Positions 23,681 to 36,140 of a stretch of DNA of 64,000 bases are shown here, in pieces. Every line of letters begins with the position of its first letter. The stretch's first letter is position 1. A program made the translations under genes and the position numbers. The DNA lies in contig LWCA01000009.1 in the NCBI GenBank assembly GCA_001642005.1, positions 1-64,000 on the forward strand. The letters run 5' to 3'. The stretch comes from Intoshia linei. Taxonomy: Eukaryota; Animalia; Orthonectida. A model generated the notes under the pieces. It had not been told where the DNA came from, did not search any database, and saw only the letters and a list, made by a program, of their open reading frames with translations.

Positions 23681-26000
23681 TCAACTACACGTAGTCTGAT
23701 TTGTAACTAAAAATAATTTACCCCAATAATAAAGTAATTGTTGTATAAAAAACATAATTATCATACATTTCGAGTTGTAGGTATTTTGAATATTTTTCCA
23801 TTTTTTTGTAAAATAATGAACCCTACAATAAATATAAAAAATATTTTTATAAACTAGACTTTAAATAAAAATTTTTTGAAATGTTAAAATATTAATTATA
23901 TAACCAAAAAAGTTAAAAATTTTTGAAATTAATGTCTTAACTTTAATCATACCTATTAATAAAAATGATGGAAAATACAGTAGATCTAAATTTGGATACA
24001 TTACGATGTTTGGCGGTATCATGGTTAAAAGGATGATTAGATTTGTATTTATTTCCAATATAATTACAATTAGTAATTGTGGATTGTGGAGTGGTATTTT
24101 TTTGGTTTTCAATTACATTGTTTAAACATTTAAGTGCTTTACGTTCACTACGTCGATATCCTCCAATAAGAGACATGATGTATTTTTTTTGATATTGTAG
24201 ACATTTTTTAAAACTCTTTTCTCGGACATAAAGAGCAAAATTGAAGCAATGTCTATTAAAAGTATCCTTGTGGTTATTAGAAAACGAGAACTCAATTTTA
24301 TTGATACTGCCCACTGGAGATGTTTTATCAGATGCTGGAGAAAGCTCAGTTTTCATTTTATCTTGCATTTTTTCATAAACTTCTTTCAAGCAATATTCGG
24401 CATAAATTTTGTCATCTCTTTCAATTGATACTTGTTTACTTAAATTTTCAATAGTACAAGTATATTCCTCCTTTAGTTGGTCCATACCGTTCCGCATCAA
24501 GGACATGTCACTAGAAATTTCTTCGTGTTTCTGTTTTAAAAATTTAATTTTTAACGACAAATCTTCGTTTTTTTGATTACTATCAGATAAGTGCGAATTT
24601 AGAGTACAAATTTCTATTTCTCTAGATTTTCTTAAAGATTCCAATTGTTTTATAATATTTTGCGCATTATTCATTTCATCAATAGTTTTATTTTTGAATT
24701 GTTCAAATTCCAAATAAATTTTTTCAAATTCTGATTTTACTTGTAATAATTTCACATTTTCCATTTTCACATTATCAAATTCATGTGCATAATTTTGCAA
24801 TTCATTGTTTTCGATCGAAAGATAATCCAAGTTTTGTTTCATGTCATTATTGACGTTTTTGATTTCATTAAAATGAATTTCCAATTGTTTCAAATTTCGA
24901 TTATCATTTTTAACCGAATTCAATTCTTCATGGATTTGTTTGCTGTTCATTTGAAGGTTTTTAATTTTGAAACGCAATGAATCACATTCTGCATCATAAT
25001 CTTTTTTTTTCATTACATTAGAAAGTAATTGGTTTACATTTTCATTTAACCTCATAGAAGTTTGATAAATTTCCATAGGTAAATCTGACACATTTTCAAA
25101 TAATGCCGAATCAATACTGATATCGTCCTGATATTTTTCATATTCATCAAAATCTAAATCTAGATCCGATATATTCTTTTCATGGTTGATAATCTCATCA
25201 GGTATGATTTTAGTAGAACTGATCAAAGTCAACCTTTCTCTCAAAATGTTTAATTTTGAATGTACATTATTTAAATTACTGTTACAATTTTCCTCAAATG
25301 ATTGTATTTTGTTTGTCAATTTAGTTTCAAATTCATTAAGAAGATTAACAGTGTGGGATAGTTCAATTTTATAATTTTTTTCTTCATGAAATTTACCCTT
25401 AATCATCAAATCCGACAAATCTTTAAAAGCAAATTTTATTACACTATCCAACATTTTAGGGTTATTTTGAGATTCACTACTGTGAATAGTGTCTAGAAGT
25501 TTTTGGCAAGTCCAACCCATTATATCCGGAATTTCATCGACTCCTATATTCAGCGTTTCATTATAACCAGTACATTTCATATCCCAATCTAGAGGATCGT
25601 CGTTGCTACAATAAGATAAATCAATAGTATCTATTCCTTCAAAGCTAGTTTCAATTACTTCCAACAAAAAATCTTTTTGTTGAATTGGGACATCTGCATC
25701 TAACATGGTTTTCATCTCATGAGTTGTCGCACATTTACGTCCCTCTTCAATTTCTTGGGTCGATTCAATTAACGATAAATTTGATGCGTACATTTTCAAG
25801 TTATTTTCAAAATTTTTCATATTTAAATCCAATTCTTGAGGATAATTTACATTTAATGGTCCATTCCCCTTTAATATATTTAAAAGCGCCATTATCTTTC
25901 GAATTGTTGTTAACACTAAACTTGATGCTTTATTTTGTGAATTTCCACTTGTATAGGTGCTTTGTGTCACTACTGTTTCGCTTTCAGACTCCATGCTCAT
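23681..26000 (-). CDS. Coiled-coil protein with C-terminal PACT domain (pericentrin/AKAP9-like)
   Basis: 685-aa ORF rich in heptad coiled coil. It ends LYVREKSFKKCLQYQKKYIMSLIGGY...SKFRSTVFSIIFINR, spliced to VHYFTKKW, matching the PACT consensus (YLRAESFRKALxYQKKY...FRSAV...R...W). Probable stop at 23681-23683. Confidence 0.82.
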
Positions 26001-26924
26001 GACTGTTTAAAGTATTTTATTTATGTGAAATTTATTAAATGGCGCAATATTGTAGCTATGGATTTATGATTTACAGGCTTCATTAAAACATTCTAGAAAT
26101 TAAAGCTATTTGAAGTAAAAAACTGTTTAAAGTAATTTACAAAAAAATTCAATTATCATCCATGAGTAAATTTATTTAAAATTTAAATGTAATGACAAAT
26201 AGAAGCCAAGTGCAATTACAATTAAAACAATGATACATGTATTGTGAGTAATTTTTTTAAATTCAGAACATATCGAATCACCTGTGGATAATTATGTGCT
26301 ATCCAGACTGAGACAACAATATGTGTCATAAATAAATTATAAGGCTTACATACAATACACTAATATCGAAGGTTAGTCACCTAAACTAAATAATTAATAA
26401 ATAAAATTAATTCCGAAGGAATTTTTTTATCACTATACCTTTTTAATTTCAAAATGAGAATAGTAAACTTCAAAATGAGAATAATAAATTTAAAAATTAT
26501 AAATAAAAAAAAATTAAACATTTATTAATTAAAATGTTATATCTTCAAATAGTAATGCTGGTGTAATGTATCTGAGATGGAGGCAATGCCCCAGGGTTTT
26601 TTTAACAGTTGAGAGGTAAGACTGGGTGCAAATTGAATATTTTCAAAATGTTCATATGGTGGAAGGGTGCACTTTAAATATAAAAATTCGTTCATACCCC
26701 TAGTGGGCACCCTTGTCCTAGATTTTGATTTAATTTTTTAATGTGACAATGATGAAGATTAAACATTTTTTAAATTACGCTCAAGTTTGATACAACACTG
26801 CTAAAAAGATAATTTTTCCTTATTCCAGAATCCAGAATCGCAGGTAATAATCAAAGAATTAAACATGAAACTACATTGTAATTTAATATAATTTAATATA
26901 AAATATGACTTAATTATTTGTAAA

Positions 26925-28925
26925 TTAATCTACAGGTAAATTTTCTTCTATAAAAGAGGTGTTATTTTGGTATTTTTCAGATTCCAAAATATGGGATTCC
27001 GTTTCAATATTTTTGTTAATATTAATATATTCAATTTGCTTGTTCTCCAATATAAACATTATCAGTCCTACAAAAATCACACATAAATAACCAATTGTGT
27101 TGATCAGTTTTCCTTGGGTATTATTGACAGAGTAATTACCTCTAAATACATTATACATTAGTCAAAATTTAAAAAAATATAATTGATAGTGCTAGTTCAA
27201 CTCATCGTTTCATTATGGTTCAGATTCATTCAAAATCGTTAAATTATGACAAATTAAGGTTATTAATTAATCCTTTTAATTTTGCCCGTAAAAATTTCAC
27301 AAAATTATTAAAAATTAAAAATCTCGGATGCAAGGATTCCAACTTTTAAAGTTTCACTGGGCCTGATATTCTTAATGTTCAACCACTTATATAGAGGATG
27401 ACCGGATGTTATATTTCAGGTAGACTTGTCATATTTTAAATTATGGTCAAATTTGTACAAAAATAGGGATTGATTGGGAACCGGGTTATACCCAGTCCGT
27501 CATCATTCTTTAGTTTACCAGGTGGGTATATTAATAAATATAATAATGTAATGCAGTTTGGAATACTAATAAGTAATAATAATTTACAGAAAGAAAGCTT
27601 TTTCGTTGAGACCAGATATTGTCGCAACGAGCGCCATAATAAATATCATCTTCCCCCAATATTTGTGTACAGGCATTGATAAAATTCTTATATAAGGACT
27701 AGAAACTCTTAAAAAGAAAAGAGCGAAACCACAAATCCACTATATTAAAATATTATAAAAGTACATAATATATATTAGAGTGGCCAACAGTGCGGCCGGA
27801 AGGTTTTGAATTGATTACGATTATAAAATTATTGAGAGATTTATGTAAAAATGTATTCTTTTCAGAAAAATTTTAAAATTATTTGCTTAGTTCATTTTTA
27901 GTGCCGATTTTTTGAATTTTAAAAATTAATCAAAATTAAGTCGTTATAAACTATATTCTATTCTTTATCTCTAAAAAATCAAGTTGGCCAGCCGTATATT
28001 AGTATATTATATAAAAAATAAAATTTGTTTATATTTTGTATACCTGAACTCCAAATAAAATAATTGTAGAAAGTCCAATGATACTGTGTAGCGAATATAA
28101 ATTCTTTTTCGGAGGATCTGAATAATTGTGAAAATCAAATACAGCCTTGCAACCAATAACAGCAAATAAAAGGGATAATAGCAACAATATTAAATGAACC
28201 AATTTGACAATTTTTCTTGAAAAATTTTTAAATATAGTGTAAACAATCAATGCTAAAATTTTTAGATAAATAGTAAATTATTGTGTAAAGTTGTACTTTT
28301 CTCTCTAATTTACCATAAATTTCATTTTACTAACGGGTCATATTTAAGTTATTGAGATGTTACCTTCAACTATAATTTTTAATGTCTTTTTCTTAAATGT
28401 ACCAAACAATCAAATACATTATATTTTCCAATTGAAATGATTTTTTAAACATAGGTAATTTGGGGTTTTAACCATGAAGGTATGCGTTTTTGAAGCTGAG
28501 ATAAACGACAATGTTAATGATTTTAAAACGCGCCTCAGAATGTATGTTTTATTAAATTTTTGGGATGATTTCTTTTTTTAAACAAAACGGGAAATTGGGT
28601 TTTTAAATTGTCAACATATAGGATATAAATTTAAATAGAAATTGGTCTTTACTACAAACATAATGCAAAATAAATGTATAATGTTCCAATAATGATAAAT
28701 TAGAGAGAGAATACTGTAATTATAAATAATACCATCCCCATATAAAAAGATCATTCCTATCAACATGCACACTGGATGAATGTTGAATCTTTCTGCGGGT
28801 ATTGACCAATGTATTCCATTTTGAAAATTATAAATCCAAACAAATGAAGAAAATATAATAAATATACCCACCGCTTGAGATAATCCAACAATAAAAATTA
28901 AAAACCACACACCAGATTTATACAT
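26925..28925 (-). CDS. Cytochrome b561 family ascorbate-dependent reductase, 4 exons
   Basis: FNIHPVCM, KLVHLIL, NLYSLHSIIG and MPVHKYWG supply the four heme His, with SGLNEK. Exons at ~28925-28733, ~28252-28045, ~27739-27588 and ~27142-26925 join in phase. Confidence 0.9.
27779..27994. mobile_element. hAT-like MITE in a cytochrome b561 intron
   Basis: Inverted TGGCCAAC / GTTGGCCA ends with candidate 8-bp TSD TATATTAG at 27771-27778 and 27995-28002. Confidence 0.55.
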
Positions 28926-29131
28926 TTATAAAAATCAATAGTGCTATAACAACGTTTTTAAATAAATAATGTAAATATTGGATAATTTTTGTAATTATTT
29001 ATTATTGCACTTAAGAATTGTATAGTTTTCAGGTAATGATGTAAATTATACAGTAAAATAAATTAATTAATTAATAATTAATTGTTAATTTTACACTTTT
29101 AGTAAAAGTGCACAAATTACTTGATAGTTAC

Positions 29132-29255
29132 CAGAGTTTCCAAAAAATAAAGTCGGTTTCTCGCAAATTAGATTGAAGATAACATATTTGATAAATAAAT
29201 TAATCTAGCTGTTGTATATAGATTTGCGAGAATATCGCAATTTCTGGAAATCCTG
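29132..29255. mobile_element. hAT-type MITE
   Basis: TIRs CAGAGTTTCCA / TGGAAATCCTG and an internal inverted TTCTCGCAAAT / ATTTGCGAGAA pair. Perfect 8-bp TSD ATAGTTAC at 29124-29131 and 29256-29263. Confidence 0.85.
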
Positions 29256-29307
29256 ATAGTTACTTACCTTTTACGTCCATATATTATATTTGGAATAATT
29301 TTTATTG

Positions 29308-31164
29308 TCTTAACTTATATAATACAATGTAAGCTACGCTATTTTTGTTTGTATGTGTGTTCAGCTTTATTTAACCAGTACGAGACAATTGCATGTATAG
29401 ATGCCAAAAACTAATCATAAATTTACATTGGTTTGTATACAAACTATAATAAGGCGGTACCAATATAAATTTTGAACAAATTACTGCTCATACATGTAAT
29501 ATGCTTAAAAATTAATTTTATTATTAATATTTACTTTGTGTCAACAATAAAATAAATTATATTTGAAATATAATAGACACGTGATTGTAATTGCGTGTCA
29601 TAAATTAAATATATTTTATTGCTAATTCTTAGCCAAATTTAAGTTGTTCACTTTAAAAATCAATGACATTTGAAATTTGTCAATTTTAAGCTTTTTAAAT
29701 TTTAGTGTTTTTTAACATTTCAAAAGTGAAATTTTTTCCGTTCAATTTTGAAAATCAGCATAATCTCATATAAGGGTTAAATAACTACCGTCTTATAATT
29801 TAATAAACTCCACATTTCAATTACAGTTTTTTCCGGGAATGTTCGCAAACTTAATTTCAACCTCCCAAACTCACATCTTACGGGTCAAAAACCGCAATTG
29901 TTTTTTTTTTATAACATCAAACGAGTTGGAGAATTTAAAAAAATATATACGCTGATACACATTTTAAAATCATGAACATCATTAATTTAAATTTAAAAAT
30001 ATTATATCTTCAGGGCCAAAACCCCAAATTACCCTTCTTGTTTTTAATGAAAACAACCCTAGAATTTTAAAAAATTTACAGGTTTTACATTTGTATCCTG
30101 TTAACACACAATAATTATAAATTAAATGTTAACAGAAAATTTCAATCCGAATAAGTGACGACCTCACGGTCAAAAAAGCGTTTTAGTATTCATATATTTT
30201 TTTTCGAAATATTTTATTAAAACAAAAAATGTGAAATAATTAACGGTCCGAAAATTAAAAAAAAGATTCTTCTGATAGAGCTTATTTCAGTTAATATAAA
30301 TAAAAAATTTAACCCCAGAAATCTACGCATTCTGGATGAAAAATAATTTTAAATAAATTTCGATTAAAATAAAAATAATGATCCTACAATTTCAAAAAAA
30401 ATGTGCATTGAACGTCTACACATTTCCAATAATATAATAAAAATCTATATAAATTATTCCTTCGAAATTTTTTTCATTGCTACGCAATTTTCAAATTCTT
30501 ATTTTCAAAACATTTTTAATAAAATTTAAATCGAAACTAAAACAACTTTGTTAATATCATTTTTCTATTTATTACAATCCTTTGCAATTTTAATAAAATT
30601 CGACTCAAATGTTTATAAAGTGAAGATTCGATTAATTATTGATACATAATTGGTAATTTTAAATATTTATTTAATTGGTACTGAATATATATCATCAGTG
30701 AAAATGACAAAATAGGTTTTTATAATTATACTTTTTCTGGAATTTATGACAATTTTTAAGATATAAAAATAAAATAACAAAAATTAAGATGGAATAATTC
30801 ACTTTAAATAAAAAAGTAATGTTATATGATGGTTCCACCTGAAAAAAATTTGGGAACCACTCTTTTAAAGGATTGATAATAGTGAATAGTAGGATTTTTA
30901 AGTTAGATTTTCAACGTGAATTTATTTTTTAAGTATAATAAAAATGTGCTCTCGGCAGAGCTAGGTCCTGTTTGTACGTAGTATGTAAATTTATTTTTTG
31001 GTAGTATAAAAATGTTCCCTCGGTAGAACTAGGCTACGGGGATTGATAATAGTGAATAGTAGAATTTTTAAGTTAGATTTTCAACGTGAATTTTTTGATA
31101 TAATAAAAATTGCGCTCGGCAGAGCTAGGTCCTGTGTGTACGTAGTACATAACAGTCAACCTAG
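29308..31164 (+). mobile_element. Full-length (~1.86 kb) non-autonomous Helitron with duplicated 3' end
   Basis: 5' TCTTAACTTATATAA and 3' hairpin CTGTGTGTACGTAGTACATAACAG plus CTAG|T. No ORF. Internal blocks are shared with the other copies. Confidence 0.78.
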
Positions 31165-31308
31165 TATATTTATATAAAATAAGTACTTTTGGTTTTAAAT
31201 GTAACACCAAATAAACTAAAATGTATAGTACTTATTAAAACTGGTGGCTTTACTTAACCCCTGATTATACTCAACAATGAATACAGAATATAAAATATAT
31301 TTTATGTA

Positions 31309-32967
31309 TTAATTTAAATATGAGGTGTGGAGTTGTTGAGCAATTTTGATGAGTTCCATATTTCTAACTTTAAGAATTTTAGAATGAGGGTTTTCCGAAT
31401 TTTCATTATTTAAATCATAATTATTTTGAAGCATATTTTTGTTTTTATTTAAAACATAGGAAATTAATTGTTGATCTTTTGGAGCATTTGAAACATTCAT
31501 GCTTAATAAACCATTGGAAGAAATTTTGATTGATTTTTCATCTTTTTTTACACATAAAAACGATTTACTAACAAATCTATTTTCATTTCTAGTTTGATTA
31601 TATTTTATTTTGTTTATTTTAGGTTTCTTCTTAGTTTTCACATTTTTCTGTGCAGGTTTTTTTTTATCCAAATTTACCACAGTTTCATCAGAATCAGTAT
31701 AAAACAAATCTTCGATTTGGTTTTCTTCTTTAGATTTCAAAACTTGTAATCGGTTTGATCGTAATTTTAAATACTCGGCAGTAGAAATTGACACTTGACT
31801 TAATCTTGAAGTGTGACCACTTTGAATGGGAATGCTTTCTCCAGCTACATATCTGGTAGCATAAGAATTTGATTTAATGGCTTGGTTTCTATTTTTCCGT
31901 TTTAACGATTTTTGTAAAGTTTTTTGTGATAAATTTAAATTTATCGAATATTGTTGTGCATGTTTACCTTGATAGTAATATTTCTGATTAGAGTCACATT
32001 TTTGATGTGGTGCCAAAATTGAATCTCTCTTCATTTGTACTTGTTTTGCTCGGTTTTCCCAACGATATTTTTGAAGCATTCGCTCGACAAATTTTCTGTC
32101 AAACATGCCAGCCAAGTTTATAGCGTTCAAGCCATCTTTATCACATATATCCAAATTGCTCCCTAAACTATATTGTATTTTTATAACTTTAGTATAAATC
32201 GGTATTATGTTACAAAATCACGACCGAAACTACGCTACTCAATGCCCGATCAATAAAAAACTTGCAACATTCAAACAAAGTTACGGCGTACCCTATTGGA
32301 AAATTCTAAATGTCTCACACGGAACTTTTTAGATTGGATCGTAGTAGTTTTATTCGTTTATTTATCATTTATTTTAACATTATGTAAATAAACCTTCATT
32401 TAAAAACAACTTAATCATATCTTCAGTTCCAGCAACGGTAGCAGAATGAAGAACCGTACGACCAATTTGTGTAGTAGCTTCGAGAATACGTTTTCCAAAT
32501 TTTTGTATAATTTTTTTACTAAATTCAACATTTCCTATTTGAGCAGCAATAAACAAAGCCACAAAGGCCCTTTCATATATAACAGCGTCTTTTTGAGATT
32601 TATTGAGCCTTTTCAAATGAGGCAACTTATCAGAAACTCCCTTCTGAATAAGCATGTCCCAATTTGATTTATATACAGAAATTAAAAGGTGTTTCCACAT
32701 GGTATAGGTGTCAACGCTGATTTCTGCTCCTTCAACAATATCATAATATTTCAAAGTTTTATGAGATTGTAATTCAGTTTCGTCTAAATACCATAATTTT
32801 TGCATATCAATGGGCAATCCGACAATAAGTTCGATTTTCTTTTTCAAATTAATTATCGTTTCATTAATACTTACATTTTTTAGGTATCTCATGTTTTTGG
32901 GACTTTCTTCTACATAACATAAACGCAAACATAGATTAACTTGGTTTTTAAAAAACTTTATAATCAT
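31309..32967 (-). CDS. ANKRD60: Ankyrin repeat domain-containing protein 60-like (ubiquitin-like domain plus ankyrin repeats)
   Basis: LKKKIELIVGLPIDMQKLWYLDE...TLKYYDIVEG (Ubl), ERAFVALFIAAQIG and GRTVLHSA (ankyrin). An in-phase intron at ~32163-32392 joins the 281-aa ORF. The true start is uncertain. Confidence 0.8.
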
Positions 32968-33276
32968 TGCAAATCTTCAATCTTCAAATATACACAAATA
33001 AATATATTAACAGAGTAGACTATATATAAAGATTCACTATTTTGCTATACTTAGATACATGACTGGATTATTGAGTAGCAACCTCATTCATTGATTCGGC
33101 TAAATGTTTGTTACTTAGTTTCAGAAAAACAATTTCAATTTTATTTTTAATTGATCCTTTAATTAGTTTAAGTTTTTAAAATGAAATGTACTCAAGTTTT
33201 AATAAAAGGTGAGAAAATTTTAATTACATTAGTTAGCCTTAAAGTTATCATACTGATTTAATTTTATTATTATCAG

Positions 33277-33577
33277 AACCCAAAAAACGAAACAAAAGAA
33301 AGAATCCGGTAATATCCAAAACTCATAATAATGAATTTGAGGTAGCACCATATATTCCACCATTTATGAGGGGAGGAAGTGTTGCTATAAATTCTACTGC
33401 AAGATTACCATTAGTTCCTAGGCCTAGGTGTCTGGTATGTTCACATGGCTTAAATTGGTTTTTTCTTGAAGAAGACTGGACTACTTGTCATTGTGCCCTT
33501 CGCGAACGGTATGTTTCATTAGTTTTCTGTTATTGTATTTATTATTATTTAGATTTTTGAATCGTGTTGAAGATTAA
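33277..33577 (+). CDS. Small hypothetical spliced protein with CxxC...CxC motif
   Basis: Open frame from the acceptor at 33277 (PKKRNKRKNP...PRCLVCSHG...TTCHCALRE), then a short GT-AG intron and stop at 33575-33577. GC content is above the flanks. Confidence 0.4.
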
Positions 33578-35959
33578 TAGTTCACAAAATTTGCTATTTG
33601 TTTATTTGTATACTTTAGTCGTATATTAAATTATTTATATTGAAATATCCAAAATTTTTAATTATAAAGTAATATCTCGATTTAGTCACGTTCGATTACT
33701 TAAATTTTAGTTTATTTAGAAACAATTTTAAGCCAAAAATATTTTTTGTAATCATAGATATGTAATTTTAACTTTACAAAGATTTCTAATGGACATTGTA
33801 TAATGTTCATAAGTATTTATTTTAATCATGTCAAATTAATTAATTATGTCAAAAATAAGTACTCATAAATACCATAGATAATTTTAGTCAATATTTTACT
33901 TGTAATTTTTCATTTGCTTAATAAAGTGATGTTTTAATAAATTTATATTTTATAAAAAGACACTATATCGTTTAATTTGGATCACTTTAAATTTATTAAT
34001 TAATTATTTTTTTAATTATGCCATAAAAAATTATAATTGTAAAGAGAGTTTATTGATTTTTACAAACATTTGGAAAATCATAGTGAATTATATAAAAAAA
34101 TAATTTGCAATGATAAATACCAATAAAATTAACATTTCATATTTTAAATTGTTAGAACTTTCAATTCAAATTTTATTGTTTTTTTTTAAGACATTTCGAA
34201 AAGTACTTATTTAGTACTTATAAAATCTGGACACTATTTTAGTACGTTAAAAATATGGTCGCACTACTTTAACCAATCTTTGATATATTTTAGAGTCCAT
34301 AGAATAGTAATTTTAAATAAAGTATATTTAATAATTTAGGATACACTGAAAATTGATAAAAGTAAATTTAACATTTCTAGAACTTATATTACAAGTGAGG
34401 ATGGATATAATTTGGTAATAAAATACATGTTTATAATAAATATAGTGTTAGATTTGTGATTCAAATAATTTGATAAAATGTCGCAATATTCACTGTAATA
34501 TAATAAAAATTTCTGCATTTTCAACTGTACTTATTCGATTCATAACACGATTCTACAATCATACAGTTCAAAAAGTATTTATAACACATTTAATTATAAT
34601 TTTATCTATATTTTTGTGAATAATAATTGGAACAATATTTCAATAGATGTTTCCAAAATATCAAAAAGTATTTTTAAATGTAGATGTGGATGTATTATAT
34701 CAAAATAATTCTATTTTTGAAATTAGGGCAAATACAAATGTGGTAAATGGATATTATTTATTTTGGGATCATTAAAATTTAGATTCGTATTATATTACAA
34801 CTATTGATTAAAGAAACTTTGTGGACAATTCCTTTATGGGTTATTACTTTATCTTCAGTTATTGGCATCGTGCTTTTATTAATTATTGTTTTTGTTTTAT
34901 GGAAGGTAATATCAAAAATATTAATAATGCATACATTTTGTATAGTGCAACTACTTTCGAAGAAATAAAAATACATTTTTTATTGAAGAAAATCAATTAA
35001 TTAAAGACTAAAGGATTTCGTTTAATTTGAACAAAACTACAGAAATTTAATTGTAATTTGTAAATGAAATATAATTTTTATTTTAATCTACCAAAGTTTA
35101 CATTTTTTTGTTGGATTCATATTAGAGTTTGTTTTACATTTGAACGTTTTTGAAAAATAATCTATAGTTGATAGTACTGCGTTTACTCTATATTGAACAA
35201 TTAATACAGGGGTTAAATTAAATTTCAGTTCAAATTAGGGTTTTTCCGATTCAATTTAACTTATAATTTATACATTTTATACCGTTTGTATAACTATTTT
35301 TAAATATATGGCTTACATTATTAATTTATCTTATTTAGTTCACCGCATAATTTTTTCATAAATTGATTTAAAAATACATATATTTGATTGTTAATTCAAA
35401 AATAAATGTAATTTTATAAAAAATTATTTTCCCACCACTAAAAAAGAGATATCGTCAAAGCTGGTAAACACTGGTTTAGTATATTTTTCAGTATACTAAT
35501 TCATTAATTTCATTTGAAATACAAATAAAATATGAAAATCACTCTTTAATTGAATTAAGATCATAACTTGAATTTTGTGATTCAAATTGAATTAAAAAAC
35601 TATAATTTGAATTAAATACATATAAGAATATCATAATATATCACCAAATTTATATTATATTAAATTATAGAAAATCCAACCATTACCTGTATTATTTAAA
35701 CTGAGGGTCCTGCTAATTAAATACAAATTTATTTTTTTTCAAATTATTTTTGAAATGAAGCAGTAGAGTCCTGCACGGGCTAACATTCATCAATTCTTAT
35801 CCGCGAGTGATTATGAAAATTTTTCATTAATTGCTTATTAAAAAGTTTTTTCTAATCCACCCCTAGCAGGGATGTAGCTATGGTAATAAGTTATTACAAA
35901 GTTGTTATTTGAATTTGAGCAAATCATAAATTAATGTGGTTAAGATTCTTAACCCTAGA

Positions 35960-36140
35960 TTCGACAATGCAATCCATATGAACGATTTACATCAGGGGTT
36001 CATGAGCGGATGAAACCCCGTAGGACTGTAAGATCCCGTATACGATTAGTGAACTATGGCACTGGAGAACTCGAATAGATACAAACTGCAATGGAATTGA
36101 CTATAAGCACCTGCAGTGGTTGAAAAGACCATATCTAATG
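35960..36140 (+). pseudogene. Possible decayed non-LTR retrotransposon reverse transcriptase fragment
   Basis: Frameshifted pieces HQGFMSG*, MALENSNRYK and GIDYKHLQWLK resemble the non-LTR RT motifs QxGF and WIDYxKAxD. Confidence 0.35.

Noticed and set aside
26540-26720. GC-richer open frame on the minus strand between the PACT and b561 genes
   Set aside because: No start or in-phase upstream exon. The repeated GGGTGCA/GGGCAC motifs look more like a MITE remnant.
34290-34980. Exon-like pieces and a 65-aa ORF
   Set aside because: No coherent reading frame or recognisable domain, and it does not encode the missing neprilysin C-terminus.
35930-36140. GC-richer segment with hairpins (GGGGTTCAT...ATGAAACCCC) considered as a hammerhead ribozyme, RNase MRP/P or SRP RNA
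   Set aside because: No complete CUGAnGA...GAAA core or convincing P4/SRP motifs. A decayed RT fragment explains it at least as well. An Infernal/Rfam search would settle it.
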